DNA of 60,495 nucleotides, filler included. It is 4 parts of 4 records of this genome, joined end to end, with 100 filler letters (N's around TTAATTAATTAA, not from the genome) between each part and the next. Parts side by side here need not be neighbours in the genome. Positions count along the whole stretch, not along the records: positions 9,531 to 39,135 come from SRR2962707_696; positions 39,236 to 49,766 come from SRR2962707_698; positions 49,867 to 60,495 come from SRR2962707_733; 1 more part is not named here. One strand, written 5' to 3'. The position numbers were made by a program, and so were the translations under genes. Below are positions 38,185-50,751 of this stretch, piece by piece. The notes below the pieces were generated by a model. The model worked only from the letters and a program-made list of their open reading frames with translations. It was not told where the DNA came from and did not search any database. Numbering within the stretch: the stretch's first letter is position 1; each line of letters begins with the position of its first letter.

Positions 38185-39075
38185 TTAAGCAGTAACAGGC
38201 TCATTTTTCCTGAGATAATCTGCCACTTGCTCCATTAACCATGTTGGGGTGGATGTTGCACCGCAAATTCCTACTGAATCCCCTGATTCAATCCAGCTCA
38301 GATCAATCTCCTTTTCATTTTCCACAAAATAGCTTCGCGGATTGTTGGACAGACAAACATTATAAAGAGCTTTACCATTGGAACTCTTCCTACCTGCCAC
38401 AAAAATGATCACGTCATGTTTCTGAGAGAATTTAACCATGTGTGGTTCCCTGTTGGATACTTGCCTACAAATACTATCATTGGCGTTGAAGTCCTCCTCG
38501 ACAGAAAGGAGTCCCTCCTTTTCTATCCGCTTTTCAATCTCTTCTTTGATGGAATAAAATCCCTTTGTACTTTTTGTTGTCTGAGAATAGAGGGTGATAG
38601 GTCTGGAAAAATCAATCTTTTCCAAATCATCCGGACCAGTAATAATGATGGCTTCATTGGACGTTTGGCCAGTCAAACCGATTACTTCCGCATGGCCGGG
38701 CTTACCGTAAATAACCAATTGTCCGTCTTTGTGCTTGGTTAGATCGTAGGCATTTTTTACACGATTTTGAAGCTTCAGTACTACCGGACATGATGCATCT
38801 ACCAACTCAATATTGTTCTCGATAGCTATCTGATAGGTTTCAGGTGGTTCACCATGCGCACGGATCAACACTTTACAATTCTTCAAATTCTTTAATTCTT
38901 CTCTGGTGATTGTTCTTAGACCTTTGTTGTAAAGTCTTTCCACTTCCATGGAATTGTGAACAATATCACCCAGGCAATAGAGCTCCTGCCCTTCTGCCAT
39001 CTCATCTTCGGCCATTTGGATGGCGAACTCCACCCCAAAACAATATCCCGAATTTTCGTCTATCTCAACCTTCAT
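38185..39075 (-). CDS. ispH: 4-hydroxy-3-methylbut-2-enyl diphosphate reductase
   Basis: SGYCFGV, IVHN, RAHGE, DASCP, DSIC, SSNG and GATSTP motifs. Confidence 0.97.
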   Translation of the reverse strand: MKVEIDENSGYCFGVEFAIQMAEDEMAEGQELYCLGDIVHNSMEVERLYNKGLRTITREELKNLKNCKVLIRAHGEPPETYQIAIENNIELVDASCPVVLKLQNRVKNAYDLTKHKDGQLVIYGKPGHAEVIGLTGQTSNEAIIITGPDDLEKIDFSRPITLYSQTTKSTKGFYSIKEEIEKRIEKEGLLSVEEDFNANDSICRQVSNREPHMVKFSQKHDVIIFVAGRKSSNGKALYNVCLSNNPRSYFVENEKEIDLSWIESGDSVGICGATSTPTWLMEQVADYLRKNEPVTA

Positions 39076-39135
39076 AAATTATCGATTCTGCCATTTCAAC
39101 AATCATATCGATCTGTTGATTCAAAGTTAAATGAG

Positions 39136-39235
39136 NNNNNNNNNNNNNNNNNNNNNNNNNNNNNNNNNNNNNNNNNNNNTTAATTAATTAANNNNNNNNN
39201 NNNNNNNNNNNNNNNNNNNNNNNNNNNNNNNNNNN
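39136..39235. other. Artificial contig spacer
   Basis: N44-TTAATTAATTAA-N44. Confidence 0.99.
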
Positions 39236-39259
39236 TCTGTCTGTCTGTCTGTCTGTCTG
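39236..39259. repeat. (TCTG)n microsatellite at the contig start
   Basis: Six tandem TCTG units. Confidence 0.9.
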
Positions 39260-39265
39260 TGTGGG

Positions 39266-42200
39266 ATGGTGAAGCCTGGCGCCAAGCCCGCGAAGGGCCA
39301 GCGTTCCTTGTTCTCGTTTTTCTCCGCGAAAAAGGGTCCAACGACAACCACAACGCCCACGAGCAAGAAAAAAAACCCAAACACCACTCCCACGCAGCCG
39401 CGTGTCCCGAACGGTCCCGGGTCCGGTGGGTTGACGAAACACACGCCAGTTGACAAGGCCATCGATGCTGCCAGTTCCAACGCGTCGCTTCCCAAGACGT
39501 CACTCTTTGCTGGACAGAAGGATACGTCCGAGAAGAGTGCGCCACCGAAACAAAAACAAAGAGCGAACAAACCATTGGGCAAGATCCAGCACCCGCAGAA
39601 AGACGTTGCCGCGCCCGTCAAGCGGCGCTCTCCATCAACTTCCTCATCGAACAATCTGATTGGAACAACCAGCGTCCCTACCGACCCTGAAGACCTTGTC
39701 GGGATGCGTGTAAAAGTGTACTGGGAGGCCGATGACGACCATTACCCTGGTGTGATTGACAAGTGGAACGATAACACGCAGCTTCACCATATCACCTATG
39801 ATGACGGAGAAGTATCGTGGATTGACATGCACGCAGAGGAATTCGAGGTTATTGGCCAAGCTGCTCGAAAGCAGCGCAGTGGGGACCCAACGTCTTCCTC
39901 GAGCACTTCCCGTGGCAGTGCGAAAAAGAAAAAGTCGCGTCGTCAAATTGAGGACGATGAGAGCAGTGAGGAGGAGGAGTATGTTCCTGGTGATGATCTC
40001 GAGAGCGATGGTGACGACACTGCTGCCGAAGCTGCACTCGATGTCTTGGATGAAGAGGAGGCGGATGAAGAAGAAGAAGCCTACTCCCCTCCAAAAAAGA
40101 CTCGTAATGCCAACAGGAAGAAGGCGCGAGCCACGCCGTCCTCGACCAAGTCGAAGGTCAAAAGGGGCGGAAATGACTCACCGTTCCTTGGTCGTCTGCC
40201 GAAGCGATCCCCATTCGTGGGCGGTAAGGCGAAGGCCAGTGGGATGAGTGGCGCATCATCTCCTGGCTCAGCTGTGACTGACGCTGCCGCTGCTGCTGGA
40301 GAGAGCGCACCTGGTGTCCTGCAGATGGGCTGCCACGCGCATAACAAGTACAAATGGCTCTATGAAAACAGGTAATTTCATTCCACACATTCCGAGACAA
40401 ATGCTTGGAACACGAGTTGGCTGTGAGGCTTTTGATGCCGGAGAAATTATTGTTACTTTGCGCAAACAGGCGGGACAAGCACGGTCGTCGGCCGGGAGAA
40501 GAAGGTTTTGATGAGCGCACCTTGCTGGTTCCTCGCGACTTCATGAAAAAGCAAACACCCGCTCAAGCACAGTGGTGGGAAATCAAAAGTGACAATATGG
40601 ACGCCATTCTGTTCTTCAAGGTTAGTGAGTGTCGGGATGTGTTGTTTTTTAAACGTGTCAATGGTGAATAGGCGCGGAGAAGATGGAGGGGGAGGCTCAG
40701 AGAACGAACCTTCGCACTCCCACTTGCGCGGTGATCACGCTGCCTTGGTTGCAGGTGGGCAAGTTTTACGAAATCTTTAATCAAGACGCGGATGTCGCAA
40801 TCCGTGCTCTGAATGGAACACCAAATGCCATGGTTTACATGAAAGGGGAAAAGGTGTGTATTCTCCATCAATCAATTGTACTTTCCCTTGACGATACGCC
40901 GTTGATGACAATTTTAGCGAGTTCGTTGACGTGTGTGTGGAACTTGATTCGATATTTTCATACCCGGTGCTGGTAGGCACATTGCGGTTTTCCGGAAAAG
41001 GTGCGCACGTTTTATTTTTTTAATTTTGTTGTGGCCAATGTTTGAGAACGATGAACATCAACTTGACACTCCGACAATATTTTGTTAGGCTTACGGCAAA
41101 TTTGCTGAGCTGTTAGTCGAGGCTGGCCTTCGTGTGTTGCGCGTGGAACAAGTTGAGACCCCTCAGATGCTCAAGGCTCGCAATGCCGCGTCAGGAGTGA
41201 AAGACAAGTGTGTGAGACGAGAAATAGTATCCCTCATGACAAAAGGCACACGTACTATGGGTGTTTTGGAGCAAAACCACAGCAAGGAAGAAACAGAGCG
41301 CAAAGCGTCTGTAAGTCGCGCTGGACAGATTGAAGCAGCACCGACAGCAGACCTGCTCATGTCACTGCGCGTCAAGCCTGCCGAAGAAGACGGGCATTTG
41401 ACAATCGGGTTCTGCGTTGTTGACGCCTCCATCGGTTCGTGCGTCCACGCGGCACTGGGACGCATAAAATGTGTGCAGTGCTGTGTCCTGACTTGACCCT
41501 TGCCGCAAACTTGAATCTTGTAATTTTCTCGAATGTGTAGGTTTGTTCCAATTTGGCCAGTTTCATGATTCGGCATCGCTGCTCGCCGATTTTCGTGTGC
41601 TTCTTGTGCGATTTCAACCTCGCGAAATCGCCTTTGGTGCGAATTTGCCGGATGCTCTCATGAGCCACATTCGAGATCTGCAAGGTGTCGTGCTGACAAA
41701 GGTTCCTGCAAGTATGTAAATCGGCCCGTTTTCCCATTCTGAGTTGGAATCCTTTAAAGCTCTACTCTGTTGATGGCGCTGCTCCCACAGCAGACTCGCT
41801 GACGGGCTGTGAATTTTCCGTTGTGTGTTTTGTTTCATAGCTGCCTGGTCCGCTGAAAAGCTGGTCGAGACGCTTGCCCAGGAAGAATTCTTTGGGGAAG
41901 ATAGAGCTGCATGGCCTGATGGATTTCGGAATGCTCTTGATCGCGGTGAAGCCGCAACTGTTGCGTTTGAAGCTGTTGGAGGCGTACGTACTGTGTGTTT
42001 GTTTTGCTTGGCTTTATGTTTCAAGCACACAGCGCCTTCTCATATGCCGCATTGCACGTCCAGGCTTTGCACTACTTGCACCGATGTCTGATAGATGTGC
42101 AGCTTGTGAGCCAACGGAAACTGTTCTGGTACGATATCGAACTTGGATCCGAACTCCACGCCACGACATCAACTAATGCTCACCTACGCGAAGCGACTGC

Positions 42201-45200
42201 CGGTGCGGATGCGGAAGAAGAGGGTGCGGTACCAACGGAACCGGACCGCTTTATGCAGCTGGACTCTGAAGCTATTCAGCACTTGGAGTTGGTTCGCAAC
42301 AACGACGATGGCAGTGAACGTGGCACAGTACGACCTTCAAACGGGCTTCCGCATTTCCCTGGCTGAATGTGCGCTGACGGTATCCTTACGTGCGCCCGAA
42401 CCATCGTTGTCACTTTCTTGTTCGTACCCAGGTGCTTGGATTCATCAATCACTGCGTGACTGCGTTCGGCAAACGCCAGCTGCAGCAATGGGTGCTTTTC
42501 CCTCTCTTCAGCCGCAAAGCAATCATCGCGCGCCAAGTAGCGATTCGGAACCTGATGGCTCTGCAAGATGTCGTCGACGCTGCACGTCAGAAACTGCGCA
42601 AGCTGCCTGACCTTGTAAGTATTTTGTGTTGACCTTCGTGTTTGTAATTTTCGAGCGCCCACAGAAATGAAGTTGATTTTATGTGCCGGTTACCAAGCAC
42701 GAAATTATTCAGCTGTCATCATTTGCTGATCTTGATAGGAACGCCTTCTGTCTCGCAACCATACACATGGATCCGAGTATCTTGCAACACAACACCCAGT
42801 TGGTCGCGCCATCATGTGCGTAGGTGTCAATGCCTGTATGTGATGAAGAATTTGCCCCTGGTTGCTTAGCAACCGCAATCACATTTTTTGCTGATTTCTA
42901 GGTACGAAAACCCGACTTACAATGCGACGAAAATCAAAAATTTCGTCCAGCTGCTCCGTGGTTTCCGTTGCATCACGCAAGTTGCCCGTACATTCGAGAA
43001 CGCGTCTCTGCTCACGTCCCCGTACCTTCGCGCCTTAACATCGACAAAATATGGGTTTCCTGAACTCAAAGAAACGTACGTTTCTCGCACAGAATGATTG
43101 GAAACAGGTGCCCATGCTTGACTGGACAGTTTGAGTTGTTTAGCGAACGGCTTCGTCTCATTTTCTTTTTTGTGTGTGACTTACTGTTCTGACCCCAGCT
43201 TGGATCACTTTGAGAGCGCCTTTGATCATAACAAGGCTCTGTCGGATGGGTTTATCGTGCCCAAACCAGGATTTGATGACCTCTACGACGACTGCGTGCA
43301 GACTCAGAAGCAAGCCGTTAGTCGCCTGCATCAGTTTTTGGCTGAGATGAAGAACAAGCTAAACTGCAATACCATCTCGTTCATTCCGCCCAGCAAGAAG
43401 AACGCGTATCAATTGGAGATTCCCGAGTCACGTGTGGGGCGGTCTGGAAAGGGGAAGAAAGGAATTGGAAAATTGCCAACGGACATTGACTGGGAGTTCA
43501 AGGGTCACCGCAAGGGCTGGGAACGGTACGGGAACAATACTGGATTTTTGAACGCATGCCAATGTGGGTTGGCTCCACTGTGTGCGTGCGCTGGTCCTCA
43601 CTTTAGATGCACTATTTGATGGCAGATACACAACGCCACGGCTAAACTCCTTAATTGCCAAGCTGCAAGCTGCAGACGAGGCCAAGCAAAAGGTTGACCA
43701 CATTGTCGTATTTGCTTTGCCGCTACTCGTACTTGGAAGCGCTGTCAGTTCGAATCATGTTTCGTGCTCCACTGTGCTATCATAGGCGGTTTTAGAAATC
43801 ACCCGTCGCATGTTTGAACGTTTTGATCGGCATGCGCCATTGTGGTTAGCAGCTGTAAAGGTACGGTCAAATGCTGAGCCTTTTCTTCGCAATTCGCGAG
43901 TCCTTGCATTGTTGGCATTGTCCTTTCTTAATTTGGCCTCTTGCAATGCACAGAGTTTTACGACGCTCGACTGTCTCATGTCATTGATGCTGGTCTCCAA
44001 ATTGAACGAACCAATGTGCTGTCCCACATTGCTGCCGTCCGGCGCACCAGCCAGCATCAAGCTCGTGGCCTCGCGACACCCTTGCGTGGCTGAGACTTTT
44101 AGTGGAGATGACTTTGTTCCCAATGACGTCACCATTGGAGCTGATGGAGCTCCTTCGTCGCTCTTGTTGACCGGGTTCGTTGTGCACTTGAGCTTCATTG
44201 ATGCTTACGTGCGTGCGCCAGTTTTTTTTATCGCAGCCTGTCCTTTGCATATGGTGTTGGTGGGCTGATGACCTGCAGACCCAACATGGGCGGTAAATCA
44301 ACTTTGTTGCGCCAAGTTGCCACATGTGTCATCCTGGCACAGATTGGGTGCTATGTCCCGGTTTGTTTTTCGCGTGTGATTCGTCTGCAATTCTTTGTGC
44401 CTGTGCACTTGCTCAAACCGCTATTTCATGAATCGAACACCTTTTTCTGTTGAAGCGAACGCCAGTTTGACTTGTACTTGCCTGGGCTGCGCTGTTGAAT
44501 GCGTCATCAAACAGGCTGAAAGTGCAACCATGGCATTGACTGACCGCGTGTTCACCCGCCTCGGTGCCAACGATGATATCATGGCCCAGAAATCAACATT
44601 CTTCATTGAGTTGTCAGAAACAGCGAAGGTTCGACGAGAGTGTCCTTGTCGTCATTCAAATTTTGTGTCGCTTACGTGCTGTGCTCAATAGGAAACAAAG
44701 ATTTCGGGTTGTTTGCTCTTGAAGCGTGTCGGGTATATGATTCGTTTATTTTGTTTTCTTTTATCAGGTTCTGAAGGCAGCGACGCCCCATTCACTTGTG
44801 ATTCTGGACGAACTTGGCCGTGGGACGTCGACTTTCGATGGTGCCGCTATTGCTACTTCAGTTTTGTCGTATTTGACATCTGAGGTCAAATGCGCGACTC
44901 TCTTCTCGACTCACTACCACAACCTGGTGGAACAGTTCGCACGCGAAAAGGTAGATTTCGAATGTCTTTGTGAGTCACTGGGCACTGTTTTTTTGTCAAT
45001 TAGAGTTTGACACGCATGTTCATTGCCTCTGTTCGCCGTGTAGGTGGTTGGCCTGGGCCATATGGACTTCCTCACGGTCGAGCCTGAGGAGAAATCTGCC
45101 GAAGGAGAGCAAGAAGATGAAGATGTCGAGCAGGTTGTGTTCCTGTACAAGTTGGTCCCAGGAGCATGCCCCAAGAGCTTCGGCATGAATGTAGCACGCT

Positions 45201-45508
45201 TGGCTGATCTCCCAATCGAATTGATCCGTCTTGCATCTCAAAAGTCGCGAGCGTTCGAGGTATGGATATATTCACACGCACATTGTCTGTCATGTTCGCT
45301 TTGGTCCCGCTTGAACCAGCACAGCCGAAATGGATCTGACACACTCGTCATTGTGCTGGCTGACCAGGCTCAATTGAAGGGTGCTGCTATGAGCGAACCC
45401 ATTGACGATGACGTTGATGTTGCGCGGTCTCTTTTATCGATTCCTGATGACGGCAAGGGCAATGAAGACGAGCTTGTTCGTTTGTGGGCAAAGCTACAGA
45501 TCAATTGA
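39266..45508 (+). CDS. MSH6: Eukaryotic DNA mismatch repair protein MSH6, 20 exons
   Basis: Exons read by eye: 39266-40371, 40470-40620, 40755-40853, 40977-41000, 41089-41434, 41541-41711, 41841-41983, 42064-42327, 42432-42614, 42739-42815, 42902-43075, 43199-43525, 43626-43692, 43786-43860, 43954-44174, 44279-44360, 44515-44628, 44768-44950, 45044-45259, 45368-45508. All introns GT-AG. Motifs: PIP box [46 protein letters not shown]. Confidence 0.93.
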
Positions 45509-45630
45509 CTTCAGGCTTTCGACCACCGACCTGCTACGTTTTGACATGGGTGTTTGGTTCTTTCTAAAAAAATTATTGGAATAAACGAATAAACAAACGC
45601 TCCGTCGAGCCGAGCCTTTGCTGCTTGGGT

Positions 45631-48600
45631 TCATACTCTCGTTTCTGAGACAGACAGTGTCTCCCAACGCAATTCTTTAATTTTGGCAATCAGCCGATTC
45701 ATCAACGCGTCGTAAAAATCGGGAGGAGGTGGTGGAATGTCACCTCGAGTACCTGCCTCCTGATTGAAACACAGAATTCCACAGCAAACGGGGGAAATTG
45801 ACGCTTAACGGATAGTCGCAACGAGTAAAAATCTCACGACTCGGTCATAACCTACCTCCACAATCGCTTTGTAGCCGGCACACTCACACAGTGCCTCCTC
45901 AATCCAGCCTTCCAGTACAGACGACTTTTGGGTACCATCGGCAGCGTACTCGTATGGTCGGCGAATCAGAGACACAATTTGATGCAAATTCAATCCGGCC
46001 TTTACAGCAACAACAAAATGTGCACACAGTGATTAGACAACCTAGGTATTGGTATTTTCCAGCATCCTGCCACAAGAAGAATGACGACTCCAACATACCC
46101 TTGAACACATCTTGAGCAAATTGGTACAAATCACACCTGACACGAACCAAGCACGAAGCAAAAGAGTGATTCCGGTACCAATTCAGCACTTCGAGGGTTG
46201 GGACATTATACACTTTGAGCAAACCGCGTGCTCCAGGGTCACACTTACATGTTGCGACACACTCCTCGCGGATCCCGAGACTGCGCAAGTGGGCAGCATC
46301 CCGCACAATGTCCAAATTACTGATATACTGCAACTCTTCATCGGAGAAAGGGTCCTAAGCAATAGAGGAGACATTTTTGACACACCCCAGCAATTGCGCG
46401 CTGGCGGTGAGTATAGCGCACGCTTGTCGAGGTCACAAAACGGGGAAGAAGCATATGATACTCACGTGCGCCGCCTTTGCGTTCCACCATACGAACTCTG
46501 TGACACTAAGGAACCGGAAGTCGGGTAAGCAGCTGCCGTGATCAATGGGAATTAAACGGGCTGCCGAGTAGGCGTGAGGTCTCCCTGAACAGACAGATCA
46601 GGGCACAGATTCGTCACGTAAACCAGGATGCAAAATTTGGCGGAGGTACATTGGTGTCTTAAATCATGCCCAGTGCAAAGCAAACCTGGGGGGGTTTGAA
46701 CGAGAATGTTGTCGCCGTGCCGGTCGCCATTGAAAAGCCGACTGCAATGCGCACGCATTCGTACCATTCAACACAGATGGCATGCAGCAAAAGACACACG
46801 AACAAAGTATGTCAACCACATGAGTGAGGTGATGCACAAAAGCGATAGCGATGCTAAAACGTAGCGCCGGTTGAGCTGACTTGTTCGGACAGGGAACTGA
46901 GTTGACAACAAGCAAAACATCCTAGGCGAGGGGGGACTCATTACGTACACATCTAGAATCGCAATTTTGCGTACTTCGGCAGCGGGGAGAATATTGATGC
47001 TGAGGTCACCAACAGTTGTTTCATACGTGACGAATTGTTGCATTGATCCCTCAATCAATTCATCGTCCGACTGCTCACTGTCCGGACCAGAGCAAGGTGT
47101 ACTATCGTTGCTCTGCCCCTCTGCCTCTTCTTCATCGTCCTCACCATCAAGGCCTTCATCTTTTTCGGCCTTTTCTCCCTTGTCTAACTCTGTCGTCTCG
47201 ACGAATGGTGCCTGAGTTGACGCTGCAACAGAGTTAGACCCTGACGAAGCCTCAGATTTTGAGCTACTAGGGAGCTTTTCGGTTTCGTCGTGACTGCCAC
47301 TGTGTCTTTTAGTTCGAAATACGCTGTTCCCCGCCTACATGAAACCGAATTTCCCAATCCCAAGAATATCAACGCCAATTCACGATCTACAAGCACCTGC
47401 TTGTGGGAGATACAACCTGTCAAACAAGCACGAACCTTGATGCGTGTCAATGTTGTCGTTGGCACACCCGAAAAGCCACCGTAGTTGCGGTCCAGGACAA
47501 ACGCTGCGCGCTCTCGCAAGGCACCTTCGCCAATTCGAAGCCCAGGGTAATTTGGATTCGGGCGCCCGAGTTCAAACTTCTCCATCTCACCACCTTCGTT
47601 GACAGCATCAATACCACCAGTCCCGATATCAGCAGCAAACTCTTCGTCTCGTGGCTTGAACACCGCCACAGGCGACAGGGTTGGGCCATCATACAGCTTG
47701 TAGACTCCGCTAAGATTTCCAGCTTCAATGGCAGTAGGTTTAGCGCCTTTGTAGAGACCTCGAACAGCAGAGGATAAGAGTGTGATAGAGTCACTGCGCT
47801 CAATTGCAGATCCTGAAGGCGACTGGTTCCGACCACTGGAGCCAGCGCTGCGTTGGCCACTCACGTCGGCTGCAGTGACCGGCGCACTGAATGTGCGAGC
47901 CAAGTCTCGACTGGCTGGATTGGCGACGAGGGAAGCCCATGGTTTGGTAGATGCTGCTGCTATTGACGGGGAAACCGAAGAGGTAGCAGACGAGGCTGAT
48001 GACCTTGTATTGCTGCTGCGCTTATTCCGGCCCTTTACGTACAGATTGAGCAGCGTGATACTGACATCATCAAGATCAATGTCAGTGAAAGGGTCTCCGT
48101 CTTTGACGCTATTTCCTGGCTTTTGGGCCGGATGTATCTAAACAGGTGTGCGGCCCAGGTGTCAGAAGGGATCGCCACAAAATGAAACATGGCGCGCAAA
48201 TTTGTCGATACATACTGGAGAACAAGAAACACTTACATGCGCCACATCCACGTCTGCTGGTGTGGCTGGTGTTGATGAAAATGTCCCAGATGATGACTGC
48301 GACGACGAGCTGGCAAAACTTGTCATGCGTTGAAACTTCAAAGCTGATGCCATCGGTTGAGTTTTGCATGCTTTGGAGTGCATGGGACCACAATCATCGC
48401 AGTCTGTCTCGGATGTAGTAGAACGAGTGCCCTGCATTGCACTGCATTGCTGTGGGGACTCTGACAAAAACTGCAACGCATCGGGGTGACGTGCTAGCCA
48501 ATCATCACTCCTTTTTGCCTTACGAGAGGTTGGCGATTGAGACTCTTGCCGAGGGTCGTTTCTAAGTTTTTCCAAACGAGCAAGACTATTACTACTGCTG

Positions 48601-49191
48601 CTTCGTACGACCGGTTGAGCAGCCACGTCATTTTCGCCACGACTGACCATAAACAACGACAACAAAGCACGAATTCAATGTGCACAACAAACGTCACAAA
48701 ATACGGCCACCTTGGCAAGCACGAAATGCAAAAACAGAGTTGCACGCAAATTCGAGAATAACGTACAGGGATTCCATTCGTAAGTGATGCAGCACAGTTT
48801 CGGGTCGGTGCCGCGGCGGGGTGCTCAAGCGTGGTTGCCGCCGTGAGATACCGGCAACGTTAGTTCTTCGAGTGAAGCGTTCGTTGTCAAATGTAGAGTG
48901 GGTGGTGTGTGAGTTACTTTCGTAAGGATGCGAATGAGTCACATCGTCAAACGAGTTGCTGAGCGTTTCTGCAATCATCGCAGAGGGCGACAGCGCATCA
49001 ACGCTGTTCAAGAGACTCGCAGCGACTTTCGAACTCGGCTGTGGTGGCTGCAGCGGGCTAAACACAATGTTCGCGTCAATATCCAACCCAGCGTTCAATT
49101 CAGAATCAGGGTCACACTCGTCGAGAATGTCCAGCTCAAACATGGGCGCAGTACGACGATTCGTCGGGGTGGAGGGGGAAGAGGCGCTCAT
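45631..49191 (-). CDS. Eukaryotic type II phosphatidylinositol 4-kinase (gamma-like), multi-exon
   Basis: Spliced motifs VAVFKPRDEE, GEGALRERAAFVLD, GSMQQFV, RKIAILDV-RLFNGDRHGDNILV, LIPIDHGSCLP. First exons about 49191-48767, 48642-48237, 48137-47436, 47334-46949; stop TGA at 45633-45631; 5' start less certain. Confidence 0.85.
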
Positions 49192-49728
49192 ATTGTGTCA
49201 CGACACCCCAGCCTGAGCGCAGGCACGAACTTCAACGTCTACCGGTTCTGCTATTCGATTCAAAGGCTGACGAAAAAAAACTTCAACACCATGCAGCAGC
49301 ACCGTAAATTTCCACGACAATGCGTATGCGTGTGTGGATGCGTGGAGAGCTCCTTTAACGTCGGTTGATAACGAGACAACCCGTGAAGGAAGAGTTCTGC
49401 TTCCAACCTGAACGCCACCTTGCCGCCTAAGCCCTGCCCTAGCAGCGGCTCGACAACAAAAAGAACAAAAAAATGAAGCAGTGGTGCCCGAAGCACACGC
49501 CCACAGAACAAACAAACAAACGCAGAAACAAAAAGAGAACACAAACAACGGAACACCAGAAAAAGAACAAGCAGCGAGCGGTGTCGCACTCCACTTCACC
49601 AATCGCCGCATGCGTTTCAACCTCTCGCACGTCGTCACGTGAGCTTCTCCACCTCCTCACCCACCAACAGACTTTTTGGTCTTACTCACTTCAAACACCT
49701 ACCGAGCTTGACACCACCACACCTGCCC

Positions 49729-49766
49729 GCGTGTGTGTGCGTGAGCGAGCGAGCGAGCGAGTGAGT
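49729..49766. repeat. (GT)n/(GAGC)n simple repeat at the contig end
   Basis: gcgtgtgtgtgcgtgagcgagcgagcgagcgagtgagt. Confidence 0.85.
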
Positions 49767-49866
49767 NNNNNNNNNNNNNNNNNNNNNNNNNNNNNNNNNN
49801 NNNNNNNNNNTTAATTAATTAANNNNNNNNNNNNNNNNNNNNNNNNNNNNNNNNNNNNNNNNNNNN
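49767..49866. other. Artificial contig spacer
   Basis: N44-TTAATTAATTAA-N44. Confidence 0.99.
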
Positions 49867-49999
49867 GGAAAAAAAAGAAAAAAAAATTCCTTTTAATTAT
49901 AATTTGACAATTTTTTTAAAATCGGTACTTTTTAAATAAACTACCTCCCCTGTATTTAAAATAATTTTTTTGATTTTTAAGTATAACTTTTTTTTTAAT

Positions 50000-50743
50000 T
50001 TAACCATTAAAAATTTTTTGGTAATAATATAATAATAAATAATAAAAAAGTATTATTTCATAAACAAATAAAATAATACTTGAAATAAAAATTTGACTAA
50101 AAATATCTGGAGGAGATAAAACCCCTCCTAATATGAAAATAGTAATAATAAAATATTTTCTATAACTAACAAAGAATTGTATATTTAAAATTTTAAAATA
50201 AAGAAGACAAATCATTATAACAGGTATTAATAAAAAACTACAAAAAATACCAAAAATGTAAAACATAAAATTAACATAATCATTAATTTTTGCTTCATAA
50301 TAAATACCAAATAATGAATTATTCATAGTTAATTCAAAATTAATAAAAAAAGACCAAATAAAAGGTATTAGATATATATATAAAAATAAAAATATACTTA
50401 TGAAAAAAATTAAAGAAAATAATAATAAAAATAATAAAAAATTTTTTTCATAATTGTACAACCCTTGGACTAAAAAAAACCAAATTTGAAACAGTATCAA
50501 AGGTATAATACTAATAATGCTTAATACAAAAGCTATTTTTATATAAATCAATAAAACATCGGCCATATCAGTAAAAATAAAATAATAAAAATCATTTTCT
50601 TTATTTATTTTTAATAAAGGATTAACAATAATAAATAATAATTCTTTAGCAAAAATAAATAAAATTAAAAAACTTAAAAAAAAAGATATGATACAATAAA
50701 TTAACCTGTACTTAACTTCTTTTAAATAATGAATAAATAACAT
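50000..50743 (-). CDS. tatC: Mitochondrial Sec-independent translocase TatC
   Basis: HYLKEVKYRL, FLVQGLYNYEK, YRKY...LSPPDIFSQ, YE motifs. Confidence 0.92.
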   Translation of the reverse strand: MLFIHYLKEVKYRLIYCIISFFLSFLILFIFAKELLFIIVNPLLKINKENDFYYFIFTDMADVLLIYIKIAFVLSIISIIPLILFQIWFFLVQGLYNYEKNFLLFLLLFSLIFFISIFLFLYIYLIPFIWSFFINFELTMNNSLFGIYYEAKINDYVNFMFYIFGIFCSFLLIPVIMICLLYFKILNIQFFVSYRKYFIITIFILGGVLSPPDIFSQIFISSIILFVYEIILFYYLLLYYYQKIFNG

Positions 50744-50751
50744 ATACTTAT

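Noticed and set aside
39136-39300. Apparent bacterial-to-eukaryote junction suggesting horizontal transfer
   Set aside because: Separated by an artificial spacer; there is no physical linkage evidence
40372-45367. Possibility that the many similar-length MSH6 introns are introner elements
   Set aside because: In the introns compared by eye I saw no shared sequence or terminal inverted repeats; an all-against-all alignment would be needed to exclude it fully
39180-49814. Dozens of short overlapping ORFs in contig 3
   Set aside because: Explained as exon fragments read into introns, or as antisense frames of MSH6 and PI4K in GC-richer DNA
49904-49931. TTGACA-N16-TACTTT sigma70-like promoter in the mitochondrial non-coding end
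   Set aside because: Points antisense to all genes and is likely to occur by chance in very AT-rich DNA
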